Source of the DNA: a virus
Lineage: Duplodnaviria; Caudoviricetes
Reading direction: 5' to 3' (one strand)
DNA: 50,903 bases
IMG/VR virus record: IMGVR_UViG_3300037845_000048
Span: 1 to 50,903 of that record
This document shows, piece by piece, positions 39,156-49,015 of the stretch (position 1 is the first letter of the stretch; each line of letters opens with the position of its first letter). Position numbers and translations under genes: made by a program. The notes under the pieces are model-generated. The model had not been told where the DNA came from and searched no databases. It worked only from the letters and a program-made list of their open reading frames with translations.

Positions 39156-39423
39156 CGGGCGCGCTATGGGAGGGGGGACGCGTCGAGCCATCGGGCCGCG
39201 TCGGCGATCGTGTGCTGGGAGCCGAGCGCGATGGCGGTGAGGGCGGCTGCGGTGGGGGCGGACAGGCGTAGGGCGTTGAGCGTGATGGTGGCGGCGGCGC
39301 GCAGGACGGCGGCGGTGCGTCTGATCAAGGGTGTTCTCTCGTGTCGGGGGTCGGCGGCGTGTTCAATGAGACATGTGCGGCGGACGCGGTGCAAGCGCAG
39401 GGCTTCCGATAAGGGGTGGTGGG

Positions 39424-39978
39424 ATGGCGCAGGACGTGTTGCCGGGGCTCGGCGATATCGGGATCGTGACGGTGCGCGGCGCGGGCGGCTGGCTGGTCGG
39501 GCTGGGCGAGCGGCTGGCGGGCGGGGGGCGCAACACGAGGTGGCGGCACGCGTTCGTCGTCACGGGGGTGGGGGTGGCGCGGGAGTTGACGCGGATCGTG
39601 GAGGCGGAGCCTTCGGGGGCGCGGGAGTCGGCGCTCTCGGAGTATCCGCCGGGTGCGGTGTTGTGGCTGCGCTGCCCGGATCAGTATCGGGAGGGCGTCG
39701 CTGCGGCTGCGTCGGCGATGGTCGGGACGAAGTATTCGTGGCTCGACTATGTGGCGGTGGCGTTGCACCATTGGGGCATCAACGCCGGGTGGCTGGAGCG
39801 GTATGTGGGGGCGAAGGGGCACGAGATGTGCAGTGCTCTCGCTGATGAGGCGGCGCGCAGGGGTGGCTGGCATCTGTTCGGCGCGCAGGCGGTTCCGCCG
39901 TCGGCGGGTGTTTGGGCTGGTGATGTGATGCCGGCGGATTTGGCTGCGCTAGCGGAGAAGCAGGGAGACGCGGCATGA
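39424..39978 (+). CDS. permuted NlpC/P60 (YiiX/YaeF-like) peptidase/amidase
   Basis: 'GDIGIV...WRHAFV...IVEAEPSG...GTKYSW...MCSAL', with His before Cys. Confidence 0.7.
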   Translation: MAQDVLPGLGDIGIVTVRGAGGWLVGLGERLAGGGRNTRWRHAFVVTGVGVARELTRIVEAEPSGARESALSEYPPGAVLWLRCPDQYREGVAAAASAMVGTKYSWLDYVAVALHHWGINAGWLERYVGAKGHEMCSALADEAARRGGWHLFGAQAVPPSAGVWAGDVMPADLAALAEKQGDAA

Positions 39979-40508
39979 CCCTTGAAGACCTCTCGGTTCT
40001 GGACGCGCACAAGGCGGCGAGGTTCGCTCCGGGCTATCCGCCGCTGGTCAGGACGTTTTACAGCCCAGTCGACGATGTCCATGCGGCCCTCGTGGATCTG
40101 ATCAAGTCGGCGCGCACGAGCCTGGTGGTTGCGGTCTACGGCTTCGATGATGACGAGCTGGCCGAGGCGTTGCACGAGAAGCTGGACGACGAGCGCGTGT
40201 TCGTGCAGCTCACGCTTGATTCCAGCCAGGCGGCCGGGGTGCACGAGCGGGCGCTGTTGGCGAAGGACGCGTTCCCGTCGAACTCGGTGGTGGCCGGGCG
40301 CTCGGAGAAGGGCGCCATCATGCATCTTAAGATGCTTATTGTCGATAGCTTGGATGTGGTGACCGGTTCGACGAACTGGTCCACGAGCGGCGAGTCCCTT
40401 CAAGACAATCAACTCACTGTCATCAGAGACCCGCTGGTAGCGGCCGAGGCCCGCACCCGGGTTGACATGATTCATACGCATATGCTCACGGCTGCGGCGA
40501 AGAAGTGA
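39975..40508 (+). CDS. phospholipase D-family (Nuc-like) protein
   Basis: Single HKD motif 'MHLKMLIVD...TGSTNWS...QDN'. Confidence 0.85.
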   Translation: MTLEDLSVLDAHKAARFAPGYPPLVRTFYSPVDDVHAALVDLIKSARTSLVVAVYGFDDDELAEALHEKLDDERVFVQLTLDSSQAAGVHERALLAKDAFPSNSVVAGRSEKGAIMHLKMLIVDSLDVVTGSTNWSTSGESLQDNQLTVIRDPLVAAEARTRVDMIHTHMLTAAAKK

Positions 40509-40696
40509 CCGCGGTCCTGTCGTATCTGAACCGGGACTTCTGGGGCCCGGTGTGGCCGAACCTGGTGGCGTCGGTGTTGTGGGCGGCTCCGGCGTTCACG
40601 GTGCACCACCGGTTGATGCGTAGGCATACGACGCGGGAGATCGACCGGCAGACCCGGGAGTTGAAGGCGCACATGGACAAGATGGGCGCCCCGTGA
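40505..40696 (+). CDS. small membrane protein
   Basis: One hydrophobic helix; GTGA overlaps at both ends. Confidence 0.55.
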   Translation: MTAVLSYLNRDFWGPVWPNLVASVLWAAPAFTVHHRLMRRHTTREIDRQTRELKAHMDKMGAP

Positions 40697-41640
40697 CCAC
40701 CATCGCGTACCCCGACGTCTCCAACTACGAGGGCCCGATGCCGCTTCAGGCCGGGACGGTCGCCGTGTGCGCGAAGGCGACCGAGGGCACGGGCTTCGTC
40801 GACGAGCAGTACGCGCACTTCAAGGCCGAGGCGACGCGGGTCGGCGCGGTGTTCTTCGCGTACCACTACCTGCATCCCGGGGGCGGCGCGGCGCAGGCGC
40901 GGTTCTGCTTCGGCGTGGTGGGGCGCGGGGTGAACGTGATGATCGACCACGAGCCGACCGGCGGCGTGATGCCCAGCTTGCAGGACGCGGTCGACTTCGC
41001 GGTGCAGCTGCGTTCGCTCGGCGCGCTGTGCACCCTGGACTACCTGCCGCACTGGGGGTGGCAGCAGCTGGGGTCGCCGTCGCTCGCGCCGCTGGCGTCG
41101 GCCGGCCTGTCGCTGGCGTCGAGCAGCTACACGGCGTACTCGGACACGGGTGTCGGGTGGCAGTCGTACGGCGGGATGTCGCCGGTGACGTGGCAGTGGA
41201 CGGATTCGCAGCCGTATTCGGGGACCCACGTGGACTTCAACGCCTACCGTGGGACGTTGGACCAATTCCGGGCGCTGCTCGGGCTGAAGACACTGGAGGC
41301 TGACATGGCGCTGACGGTCGCCGATGCGAACCTGGTAGCCGATTATGTCCTGAACCGCCCGCTCGGGGAGATCGACCTCGCCGGGCATCTGACCGGGCAG
41401 CAGCTGAGCCTGGGGCATCTGGTCGCGCAGGCGCATGCCGACCTGGACGGCAAGCTTGACGCGTTGGGCGTGAAGGTGGACGCGGCGAACACGGCGCTCG
41501 CGGCGCTCAAGCTGGGTGGTGTGGATCTGGCGGCGCTGGAGTCGCTGATCGAGGCGCATCTCGCGGCCGGTTCGGTGCCGTCGGTGATCGCTGCGGCGGT
41601 GGCGAAGCATTTCGGCGCGGACCTGACCGCCGGGGGCTGA
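40693..41640 (+). CDS. endolysin, GH25 muramidase
   Basis: 'DVSNYE', 'KATEGTGFVD', 'AYHYL', 'IDHE', 'WQWTDS', 'VDFNAY'. Confidence 0.9.
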   Translation: MTTIAYPDVSNYEGPMPLQAGTVAVCAKATEGTGFVDEQYAHFKAEATRVGAVFFAYHYLHPGGGAAQARFCFGVVGRGVNVMIDHEPTGGVMPSLQDAVDFAVQLRSLGALCTLDYLPHWGWQQLGSPSLAPLASAGLSLASSSYTAYSDTGVGWQSYGGMSPVTWQWTDSQPYSGTHVDFNAYRGTLDQFRALLGLKTLEADMALTVADANLVADYVLNRPLGEIDLAGHLTGQQLSLGHLVAQAHADLDGKLDALGVKVDAANTALAALKLGGVDLAALESLIEAHLAAGSVPSVIAAAVAKHFGADLTAGG

Positions 41641-41641
41641 C

Positions 41642-41986
41642 GTGGGCGTCCTTGGCGACCTGGAGTCGGTGGAGGCGGATCTGCGGGTGGAGTTCGTGCG
41701 TTCGCATGTGCGGGCGCACGTGAAGCAGTTCGCGGGGCTGTTCGCCGGGGCGCTGGCGGTGTCGCTGGCGTCGGGGGGCTGGCATGTGGCGGGGTGGGCG
41801 GCTCTAGGTTCGCTGGCGCTGGCGGCTGCGGGTGCGGCGGCGCGGCAGGTGTGGCCGCAGGTGCCGTGGCCGGCGGTGCTGGCGGTGGTGCGCGACGCGC
41901 AGGACGTCGCGGACCGTCCGGCGCGCCCCGTCGCGGCCCTGTCGACGCCGACGATCCAGGCGCCCACGGCGCCCCCTGGGTCGTGA
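41642..41986 (+). CDS. holin-like membrane protein
   Basis: Two TM helices, directly after the lysin. Confidence 0.55.
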   Translation: MGVLGDLESVEADLRVEFVRSHVRAHVKQFAGLFAGALAVSLASGGWHVAGWAALGSLALAAAGAAARQVWPQVPWPAVLAVVRDAQDVADRPARPVAALSTPTIQAPTAPPGS

Positions 41987-42441
41987 ACGCGGGGCCGCTG
42001 CTCGGGCCTTCCGGGCGCCGCGTGGGGTTGCGGGTGGTGCTGCGGCGCCAGTGCTATGAGGCGGGGGCGGCGGTGGCGTGCCTGTCGGGGGCGGTGGAGG
42101 CGTTCACGGGGCGCGGGAGCACGGTGGCGGCGCTGGTGTTCCCGTGGTGGGGGCTGCGGTTGGCGGGGTTGATGCTGGCGGGGGGCGGTGCGTGTACGTT
42201 GGCGGGCCTGGGTGGGGCGGGTCTTCTGGTGGACGACGTGCGGCGGGTGCTGGCGCGGCGGGTGGAGCAGTTGGGGCAGTTCGTGCAGGCGATTCTGCTG
42301 GTGGTTCTCGGGGCTGGTGCGTTGTCGCGGGGTTACAGTGGTGTGATCTTCGGTGCGGTGTTCTGCGGTGTGGGGGTGGGGGCGTTGGTGAGGGGTTGGG
42401 AGATCTCCAAGTCGTTCGCCGACGCGGGGAAGCTGCTGTGA
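41983..42441 (+). CDS. multi-TM membrane protein
   Basis: About four hydrophobic helices; GTGA overlap. Confidence 0.55.
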   Translation: MNAGPLLGPSGRRVGLRVVLRRQCYEAGAAVACLSGAVEAFTGRGSTVAALVFPWWGLRLAGLMLAGGGACTLAGLGGAGLLVDDVRRVLARRVEQLGQFVQAILLVVLGAGALSRGYSGVIFGAVFCGVGVGALVRGWEISKSFADAGKLL

Positions 42442-42863
42442 GCGGGGACAACTGGACGGCGGTCGGCGTGGTGCTGGCGCTGGGCGGTACCGCGCTCAAT
42501 TTCGCGCGTGCGTGGCGCAAGCGGGAGCGCGATGCGGCGGCGGCTCCGTTCCTGGCGGGGCATGAGGCGGTGGAGGCGGCGAAGGACGCGCTCGATCTGA
42601 GGAAGGCGGAGCTCGCGGAGCTGCGGGGGCAGCGGGAGAAGTTGCAGCAGGATCTGGCGCAGGCGTTGGCGGACAACAGGGCGCAGGCGACGCAGATCAC
42701 TGATCTGTATGTGAAGTTGGGTACGGCGAACGGGGACAACGCGGCGTTGCAGCGGCAGGCTGATCTGGCGCGGGAGCGTGAGGAGCATGATCGGGCGCGG
42801 ATCGCGGAGTTGGAGGCGTCGGTGCTGGATTTGCGTAAGCAGCTCGGGATGGGGATTCCGTAG
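42438..42863 (+). CDS. TM plus coiled-coil lysis-region protein
   Basis: N-terminal TM followed by a long heptad region. Confidence 0.6.
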   Translation: MSGDNWTAVGVVLALGGTALNFARAWRKRERDAAAAPFLAGHEAVEAAKDALDLRKAELAELRGQREKLQQDLAQALADNRAQATQITDLYVKLGTANGDNAALQRQADLAREREEHDRARIAELEASVLDLRKQLGMGIP

Positions 42864-42914
42864 GCCGGTGGGGGGTGCGGGTTGAGCGTGGGGCTGCGGG
42901 GGGATTGTGGGGGT

Positions 42915-43310
42915 GTGAGCGAGTCGTCGCAGGAGGCGTTCGAGCGGGGGCACCGTGCCGGGGGCGTTGAGGCGCAACTGGCCGAGCACCAGAAGCACCT
43001 ACAGACGATCAACGGGTCCATCGACCGGGGTGTGGACGGCCTCGCCAGTGTGAATCTGACGGTGCAGCACATGTATGACGAGCTGACGGCGAAGTTGGAC
43101 ACGGTGATCGCGACTGCGAAGGCGGCGGCGGATACCGTGGTGGCGACGGCTGAGGCTTTGCGTCAGCAGGGTGAGGCTCAGCGTACGGCGGATCAGGATG
43201 CGACGACGAAGTCTGATCGGTCGTGGACGCCGTTCACGCGGTTTTTCGCGGTGTTGGCGGCGACGGCGACGGGTGTGGTGATCTGGGCGACGCTGTTCCG
43301 GCACCACTGA
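42915..43310 (+). CDS. coiled-coil protein with C-terminal TM
   Basis: 'HLQTINGSIDR' and a C-terminal hydrophobic helix. Confidence 0.55.
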   Translation: MSESSQEAFERGHRAGGVEAQLAEHQKHLQTINGSIDRGVDGLASVNLTVQHMYDELTAKLDTVIATAKAAADTVVATAEALRQQGEAQRTADQDATTKSDRSWTPFTRFFAVLAATATGVVIWATLFRHH

Positions 43311-43377
43311 GCGCGCAAGCTGAGCCTGGGCCCGACGGGGGGTCTAGGGGCCTTTCCTCACTGCGCTTTTGCCGTTC

Positions 43378-43701
43378 CTATTCGCTCCGAGGCGCTGTGT
43401 GCTCGCAGCCGTCTGGCGTGAATGAGACGTGCACCCATCCGGACGCCTCGTCCGTCTCGCCACGCTTGATCGTGTACCCGTTGTTCATGGCGAGTAGGTC
43501 GAGCTGGTCGAGGATAGGCGCCTTGACCCAGCGTTCGGCGGGGGAGGCGCCGATGGTGCGCAGCAGCCGCATCTCTGTGTGCATGACGCCGCAGTCGAAG
43601 CCGCCCACGAATGCCGCGTCGTCGTAGGGTCCTCCGGCGCTGGCGCAGACGGTGAAGGGTACGGCGAGGCTGAGTGCGTCGGGGTTTTCGTTGTCGGTCA
43701 T
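43378..43701 (-). CDS. hypothetical protein
   Basis: 'PFTVCASAGGPYDDAAFVGGFDCG'; high GC3. Confidence 0.6.
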   Translation of the reverse strand: MTDNENPDALSLAVPFTVCASAGGPYDDAAFVGGFDCGVMHTEMRLLRTIGASPAERWVKAPILDQLDLLAMNNGYTIKRGETDEASGWVHVSFTPDGCEHTAPRSE

Positions 43702-43705
43702 GCGC

Positions 43706-44308
43706 TCAGGGTGACATATCGTCGGCCGCTTTCGAGTCGGCGATTAGCTTCGCCTTCCGCGCAGCCTTGAATCTCTGGTCTGCGGCGCGCTTACAGATCT
43801 TGCAGTCACGGCTGTTGTCGGGCCTACGGTATGTGTTCTCTTCGTCGTAGGGATGGCCCTGCCAGCAGTGGGTTTTCCTGGCACGGATCGCGCTAGGCCC
43901 ACGGCTTCGTAGCATGTTGGTCTGATGCGTGACAGCTTCCAGGTGCTCCGGGTTCACGCACAGGCGATGCGGACACGCGGGGCCGCCTGGGCAATCGGCA
44001 TCCCGCGTATGGCAAAGGTGGTCGATCTCCAGGCCGTCGGGGATCACGCCAACAAATATCAGATAGGAGGCAACATGCGCACTCCGGAACTTACCCTGGA
44101 ACCGGAATCTCCCATAACCCTCGGGGCTCGGCTTGTCGGTCCAGATCCAGCAGCCATCCGTCTTGACTACTTTCGACAGGAAGCGATCCCTGGGAGTGCG
44201 CAACTCGGTAGAACCGGTAAGCCTCCAGCGGCCGTAGTGTTTAGAGCACATCCTGCGAGCTAGAACCGGGCTGTCGCAGCCGTCGATTTCGCATGTACGC
44301 TGAGCCAT
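43706..44308 (-). CDS. HNH homing endonuclease
   Basis: 'CEIDGC...CSKHY.RW', 'GCWIW', 'IDHLC...CVNPEHLE', 'THCWQGHPY'. Confidence 0.88.
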   Translation of the reverse strand: MAQRTCEIDGCDSPVLARRMCSKHYGRWRLTGSTELRTPRDRFLSKVVKTDGCWIWTDKPSPEGYGRFRFQGKFRSAHVASYLIFVGVIPDGLEIDHLCHTRDADCPGGPACPHRLCVNPEHLEAVTHQTNMLRSRGPSAIRARKTHCWQGHPYDEENTYRRPDNSRDCKICKRAADQRFKAARKAKLIADSKAADDMSP

Positions 44309-44407
44309 GAGGCCCCTCCCACTAGGCGGTCTCCATCCCCCGGGCCGTTGACGCGGCTGCGGGGGTTTTACTATAACGATCTTACCAGTAGGCACCCCCC
44401 GGGACAG

Positions 44408-44566
44408 AGCGGAACGCCCCGCGTCCTGGATGGATGCGGGGCGTTCGCTGGGTGTGCCGTCGCCGCCCTAGATCACGGACCAGACAACACCCTCGTGGAC
44501 GGGGGCCGAGAGCGCCCCCTCAAAGGGGTAGACAGCGGCCCGGCCACCGCGGGGCAACCGGGCCTG
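44408..44566 (-). ncRNA. candidate structured small RNA
   Basis: Preceded by TGCTATGGT (44580-44572). Three hairpins, two with G-U pairs on the - strand, then the terminator. Confidence 0.45.
44412..44446. terminator. strong hairpin terminator
   Basis: GAACGCCCCGCGTCC-TGGAT-GGATGCGGGGCGTTC. Confidence 0.75.
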
Positions 44567-44594
44567 ACCGCACCATAGCAGCAGGCGGGGACAG

Positions 44595-44900
44595 CTAGAA
44601 CGTCCTGCGCAGGCCGAGGTCTTCGGTAATCGCAGGCAGGTACTCCATCACGTGCCGGCGAAACTCCTCCTCGCCGCTCTCCAGCGCCTTGGCGAAGTCC
44701 TCATCATCGGCAGCCACGAAGATGCCCCAGCCCTCGTGCTGGCGCTGCGCCTCGACGCTCATCCGCATCACGTCGCCCATCGTGTCGAACTCCTCCGGCG
44801 GCGTGTAGACGAGGCACGGACGCCCCTCGAAGAGGATGTGCGCCACCTTCATGGGGCGCCCGAGCCAGTGGGCTCTCTCGACGTGCTCGGTGACTTTCAC
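44595..44900 (-). CDS. hypothetical protein
   Basis: GTGA overlap with the upstream ORF. Confidence 0.55.
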   Translation of the reverse strand: MKVTEHVERAHWLGRPMKVAHILFEGRPCLVYTPPEEFDTMGDVMRMSVEAQRQHEGWGIFVAADDEDFAKALESGEEEFRRHVMEYLPAITEDLGLRRTF

Positions 44901-46021
44901 GGCGTAGCTTCCTTGATCGCGGTGTAGGTCGAGCACGGCCAATCCTCAGCATCCGACTCATAGCCGAACGTCAGATGCGCACACTCCAACCGGCCCTCAT
45001 CATCCGGGCGGTGGATATCGAGCACCGCCACAACGGCCGGCGAGCCCGCGTACCGCTCGCGCAACTGCTCCCATTCGGTGACGGCTTCGGCGTGCTCGGC
45101 CTGCTTCCGTGCGCGGTACGCGGCGTGACGCGCCTCGGCTTCGGCGCGTTCTTCGGGCGTGGGCGTGCGGAAGAGGGTGGCTGCTTCGTCGAGCTGCTCG
45201 CGGGAGACCTGGACGTAGGCCTCCATCTTGCGCACCTCTAGGCGCGGCTCGACGGGCTTAGCGTTGGCGGCGGTGGCGATGAGGCCCCCGTACTGCTCGG
45301 CTAGCGCCTCGAAGCCCGTGGGGCGCCTCGGTTCGTCGGGCAGGTAGAACAAGCGCGAGGCGACATTCAGGAACGCCCCGTCGTCTGTGAGCGCCTCGTA
45401 CAGCCGCGCCGGGAAGTGCGTGTGCGTGCCGTCCTTGCCGATGCGCAGGTTGCCGGTGACCGGGTTGAACGTGCCGTGGCGGTCCAGGAGGGGCTCGATC
45501 CTGTAGCCGCAGCGCTCGAACGGCTCAGGGACGCCGGTCATGTGCGCGCTCGCCTCTATGATCACGGGCCGCTCGGCGATCCACGACTCGTACAGCGTCT
45601 CCAGGTCCTCAAACGCCGCGTCGCTGCCGCCGATAACCAGCCGTTCCAGAGTCCTGTCCGCTCGGCTATAGCTAACGCCGCAGTAGCAGGCGGCAGTCTC
45701 GAGCCAGTCGCACGGGCCGCCCTCTTCCAGTCCTTCGCGCGGCAGATAGGAGTGGCAGCCGACATACGCGCCGGAGGGATAGATGTCCGTAAGGCCCCCG
45801 TCCACGCCGGGCTTGTGGCGACGCTCCTGCTCGCGGCCCGGCACGAAGCGATCGACGAGGGGTGCTGCCATCCACCCCGTCATGATCTTCGCGGCGATGG
45901 CCCCGAGCGGCCCGCGCAGGATGAGGACGAGTTCGGCTCCGTGGGCGCCGCGCGGGTCGGCGGGTTCGTCGCGGTAGTCGTAGCTGGCGTTGACTTTGAT
46001 CTCGCGGGTGAACTCGGTCAT
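44897..46021 (-). CDS. hypothetical protein (possibly a three-module fusion)
   Basis: 374-aa ORF with internal RBS+ATG sites. Confidence 0.55.
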   Translation of the reverse strand: MTEFTREIKVNASYDYRDEPADPRGAHGAELVLILRGPLGAIAAKIMTGWMAAPLVDRFVPGREQERRHKPGVDGGLTDIYPSGAYVGCHSYLPREGLEEGGPCDWLETAACYCGVSYSRADRTLERLVIGGSDAAFEDLETLYESWIAERPVIIEASAHMTGVPEPFERCGYRIEPLLDRHGTFNPVTGNLRIGKDGTHTHFPARLYEALTDDGAFLNVASRLFYLPDEPRRPTGFEALAEQYGGLIATAANAKPVEPRLEVRKMEAYVQVSREQLDEAATLFRTPTPEERAEAEARHAAYRARKQAEHAEAVTEWEQLRERYAGSPAVVAVLDIHRPDDEGRLECAHLTFGYESDAEDWPCSTYTAIKEATP

Positions 46022-46172
46022 GGCTTCTCTCTACGGGTGTCGGTTCGGTCTCGCAACCGGGTTACGCGCCGCCGCTCGCGCCAGTCGCGCCAGTAGTGCA
46101 CGCCCAACGCGGCCGGCGTCACGGCGAGGATCACGTACGAGGCGGCCGTGAGCGGTAGCTACCCTGGCACGC

Positions 46173-46358
46173 ATGCTGACCGTCACCACCGTCACCGCGA
46201 TCCTCGCCGCGCTCGCCGCTTTCGCCGCGGCCACCGCGGCGCTGTGTACTTGGCAGGCTGTTGCGGAGCGGAGCATGGGGTTCGCTGCGGCGGCGGTTGC
46301 GGTGGCGGGGGTCGCCGTGTTCCTGGCGGTCGCGGCGTTCAAGGTGTCCGGCTGGTGA
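46173..46358 (+). CDS. small two-TM protein
   Basis: Highly hydrophobic; TACCCT lies 7 nt before the ATG. Confidence 0.45.
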   Translation: MLTVTTVTAILAALAAFAAATAALCTWQAVAERSMGFAAAAVAVAGVAVFLAVAAFKVSGW

Positions 46359-46657
46359 GCGACCGGCCAGATCTCCCGTTCGGGCACCGGTCGGCCGTGT
46401 CCTGACGCGTATGACGGATCGAGCAGCCAGCGTGCATGAAGTAGCGTGCGCGGCGCCGGGTGCTGAACAACGGAACCCACACACGCAACGGACCCAACGC
46501 ATACCGCAGACCGACACGCATCAGCCGTCCTCGGTCTCGTGCCGGTGGCAGCGCGGGCAGTGGCGCTCACGGTAGAACCGGCCGCGCCCGGCACTGGTCC
46601 ACGCGGACCAGTCGGGCCACGGATGGCCGTTGATCAGGCAACGCAGTCGGTCGATCA

Positions 46658-46987
46658 TCAGCCCTCCCGCCCGTCGCTATCGGTGCGCACGCCCCACGCC
46701 CCGCACGCGTCCGCCACCGCCTGGTCATACCCGGCCTGCCAGTCCCCCGCCTGCCCAGGCCCCTCACCCCGGGGCCGCACGATCACTTCGAGGCCGAACC
46801 ACCCCGCATGCTCGATCAGCCCCGGGAGGGTGAACGCGCGGTCGCCGACCTCGTGGCTGCGGATGGTGGGGGCGGCGCCCCCGTGCTTGTCGGCGAGCTG
46901 CTGGAACGAGAGCCCGGCGCGGTGGCGCGCGTCGCGCAGCTGGCGCAGGATCTCGTTGGCTTTCGCGGTCGCGGAGGGGTCAGGCAT
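46658..46987 (-). CDS. XRE-family HTH protein
   Basis: 'LRDARHRAGLSFQQLAD...TIRSHEVGDR'. Confidence 0.7.
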   Translation of the reverse strand: MPDPSATAKANEILRQLRDARHRAGLSFQQLADKHGGAAPTIRSHEVGDRAFTLPGLIEHAGWFGLEVIVRPRGEGPGQAGDWQAGYDQAVADACGAWGVRTDSDGREG

Positions 46988-47977
46988 CGGGTCCGTCCTC
47001 GGTGACGATCTCGTATTCGCCGTCCTTGAGGCACCACGGCCCTCCGTAGAGGGTGATGGTGGGGTGGTGTTCGCGGCGGGCGTGGTTGGGGCTGGTGCAC
47101 CAGTAGGCGTCGCGTGGGGCGTCTTCGCGCAGGATGCCCTGGGTGACGCGCACGCGCAGCGGCTCGACGGGCTTGCGGAGCATGTCGCGTGCGGCCCGCA
47201 GATCAGCCTCGACCTGTTGCGCGGCCTGCTCGTCGTCGGCTTGGGCGCGCGACCACGCGTCGGAGGCCTCCAGCGGATCGGGGTCGCGCTCGCGCCATTC
47301 GGTGCCGTCGGTGTTGCGGTGGCCGCCGGGGTGGCCCGCTTCGCGATAGCACGGGCGCAGGGCGTCGCCGAGCAGGCCGGTTGTGGTCTCGCCGCATCTG
47401 GTGATCCGGTGCAGTTCGGCGTTGGCCTCGTTCAGTGCGGATTCCGTGGCGTCGCGCTGGGACGCCACGCGCGCCACCGCCAGCGTGGCCACGGCCAGCT
47501 TCTGGGCCAGGTCGCGCCGCTCGTCGAGGAGCGCACGCGCGTCGGCGGTGGGGACCTCGACATATACGTCGTCGGTCTCTTCGGACGCGTGGACGGAGAT
47601 GGCGACTCGTTCGATGGCCGCGGTCCTGTCGTCGCTCATGCCCCGCTCCTGACGGTCAGGGTGAACGGGAACGCCCCGGGCACCGTGGCCTGCGAGCAGT
47701 AGTGGACGTCGTAGACGTCGTTCGTCACGCCCGGGTCCAAGCGGAAGTGCTGCATGGCGACCACGCCACGGCATGCGCCGCATTCGATCCGGACGACTGC
47801 GGACGACGCGACCGGCTCGGGCGCTGCCGCGGGTCCGACGGTGAGCCCGGCGAGTTCCGCGAACTGCGTAGCCAGCTCGACGAGCCGGTCGGGTGGCGTG
47901 GGTTCCTCGCGGTCCCAGTCGTCGTAGTCGGCGGGGTCGCCCATGCCGGTCATGGACTCGTCAAGCGACTCGGTCAT
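46980..47977 (-). CDS. two hypothetical proteins (46980-47639 coiled coil; 47636-47977)
   Basis: Coupled overlaps and an AGGAG RBS. Confidence 0.55.
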
Positions 47978-48267
47978 CGGATGTCCTTGCGTCCGCTGAT
48001 CGGCGTACGCCGCGAGACCGCCGGGTTACTGCGCGCTGCCTCGATCGCCCGTCGTCGGCGTAGTGCCGCCACGGCGTCGATAAGGGCTGCGACGATCAGC
48101 CAAGGGATACCGACCGCGGCGACCAGCGCCAGGCCACCCCACAGCGGGACGGTGACCCACCACCAGGACCAGGCGAGGACGTGGCCGAGCTTCAGGCCGA
48201 TGAACAGCAGCCCGAGGGCGTCGAGGAACGTGATGCCGCCGGACTGGTTGTTGCCGGAGTTGGACAT
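47974..48267 (-). CDS. small membrane protein ('LKL...WSWWWV..PLW' phage family)
   Basis: CAGGAG RBS and two TM helices. Confidence 0.65.
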   Translation of the reverse strand: MSNSGNNQSGGITFLDALGLLFIGLKLGHVLAWSWWWVTVPLWGGLALVAAVGIPWLIVAALIDAVAALRRRRAIEAARSNPAVSRRTPISGRKDIR

Positions 48268-48343
48268 GCGTGTCTCCTGTCGGTGGGTGGTGTGCGCCGC
48301 CCGGGGGAAACGCGGGCGGCGCACACCGGAACGGGGTTGCTTC

Positions 48344-49015
48344 TCAGGAATGCGCCGTGTTCGACGGCTTCGAACCCGCGTTGTACTTGACCACCGCAGG
48401 CTGTTGCAGCACCTCGAGCGGTGCGTCCAGGTACAGAATCGGGCCGTCCCAGAACACGTACACGTCGTCTGCGGTGAAGAAGAACTTGCCCGCCGGGCCG
48501 CCCTCGTTCGGGCCGAACGACAGGTCGTCCCCCGGCAGGTCCACCGGGACGTTTCCGCCGCCCGAGTTGCCGCTGCCGTTGCTCGACTTGTACACCCCGA
48601 CGCTCGTGGTCATCGTCGACTGCGTCGAGGAGATCTTGCCCTTGACCGGAAGGATCGCGATCAACTGGCCCAGCGGAGTGAACAGGTACGCCCAGCCGAG
48701 CTTGCTCGGGTCGTTGAACCGCAGCAGCTTCTCGCGCAGATTGCGCATCTCCAGCGAGTCGGTCAGCAGCTTCGCGGGGTAGGCGTCCAGCGGGTTGGTC
48801 TTGATCCGGTCGTACGGGGTGATCGTAAGGGATTCCTGCTGGTCTTGCAGGTCGTTGACGTTGCCTGCGGCCTGGGTCACTGCGCCTCCGGTGTTGCCGT
48901 TGGATGAGCCGGTGCATGCCGCCGCAGTGGCGGCAACGGCCGCTGCGGCACCTCCGATGGCGGCGCCCCTGGTGAGCAGTTGGCGGCGCGAGGTCTGGGG
49001 CGTCTGGTCGGTCAC
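48344..49015 (-). CDS. Tat-exported lipoprotein
   Basis: 'SRRQLL' twin-arginine motif, hydrophobic stretch, lipobox AAA-C. Confidence 0.7.
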   Translation of the reverse strand: MTDQTPQTSRRQLLTRGAAIGGAAAAVAATAAACTGSSNGNTGGAVTQAAGNVNDLQDQQESLTITPYDRIKTNPLDAYPAKLLTDSLEMRNLREKLLRFNDPSKLGWAYLFTPLGQLIAILPVKGKISSTQSTMTTSVGVYKSSNGSGNSGGGNVPVDLPGDDLSFGPNEGGPAGKFFFTADDVYVFWDGPILYLDAPLEVLQQPAVVKYNAGSKPSNTAHS

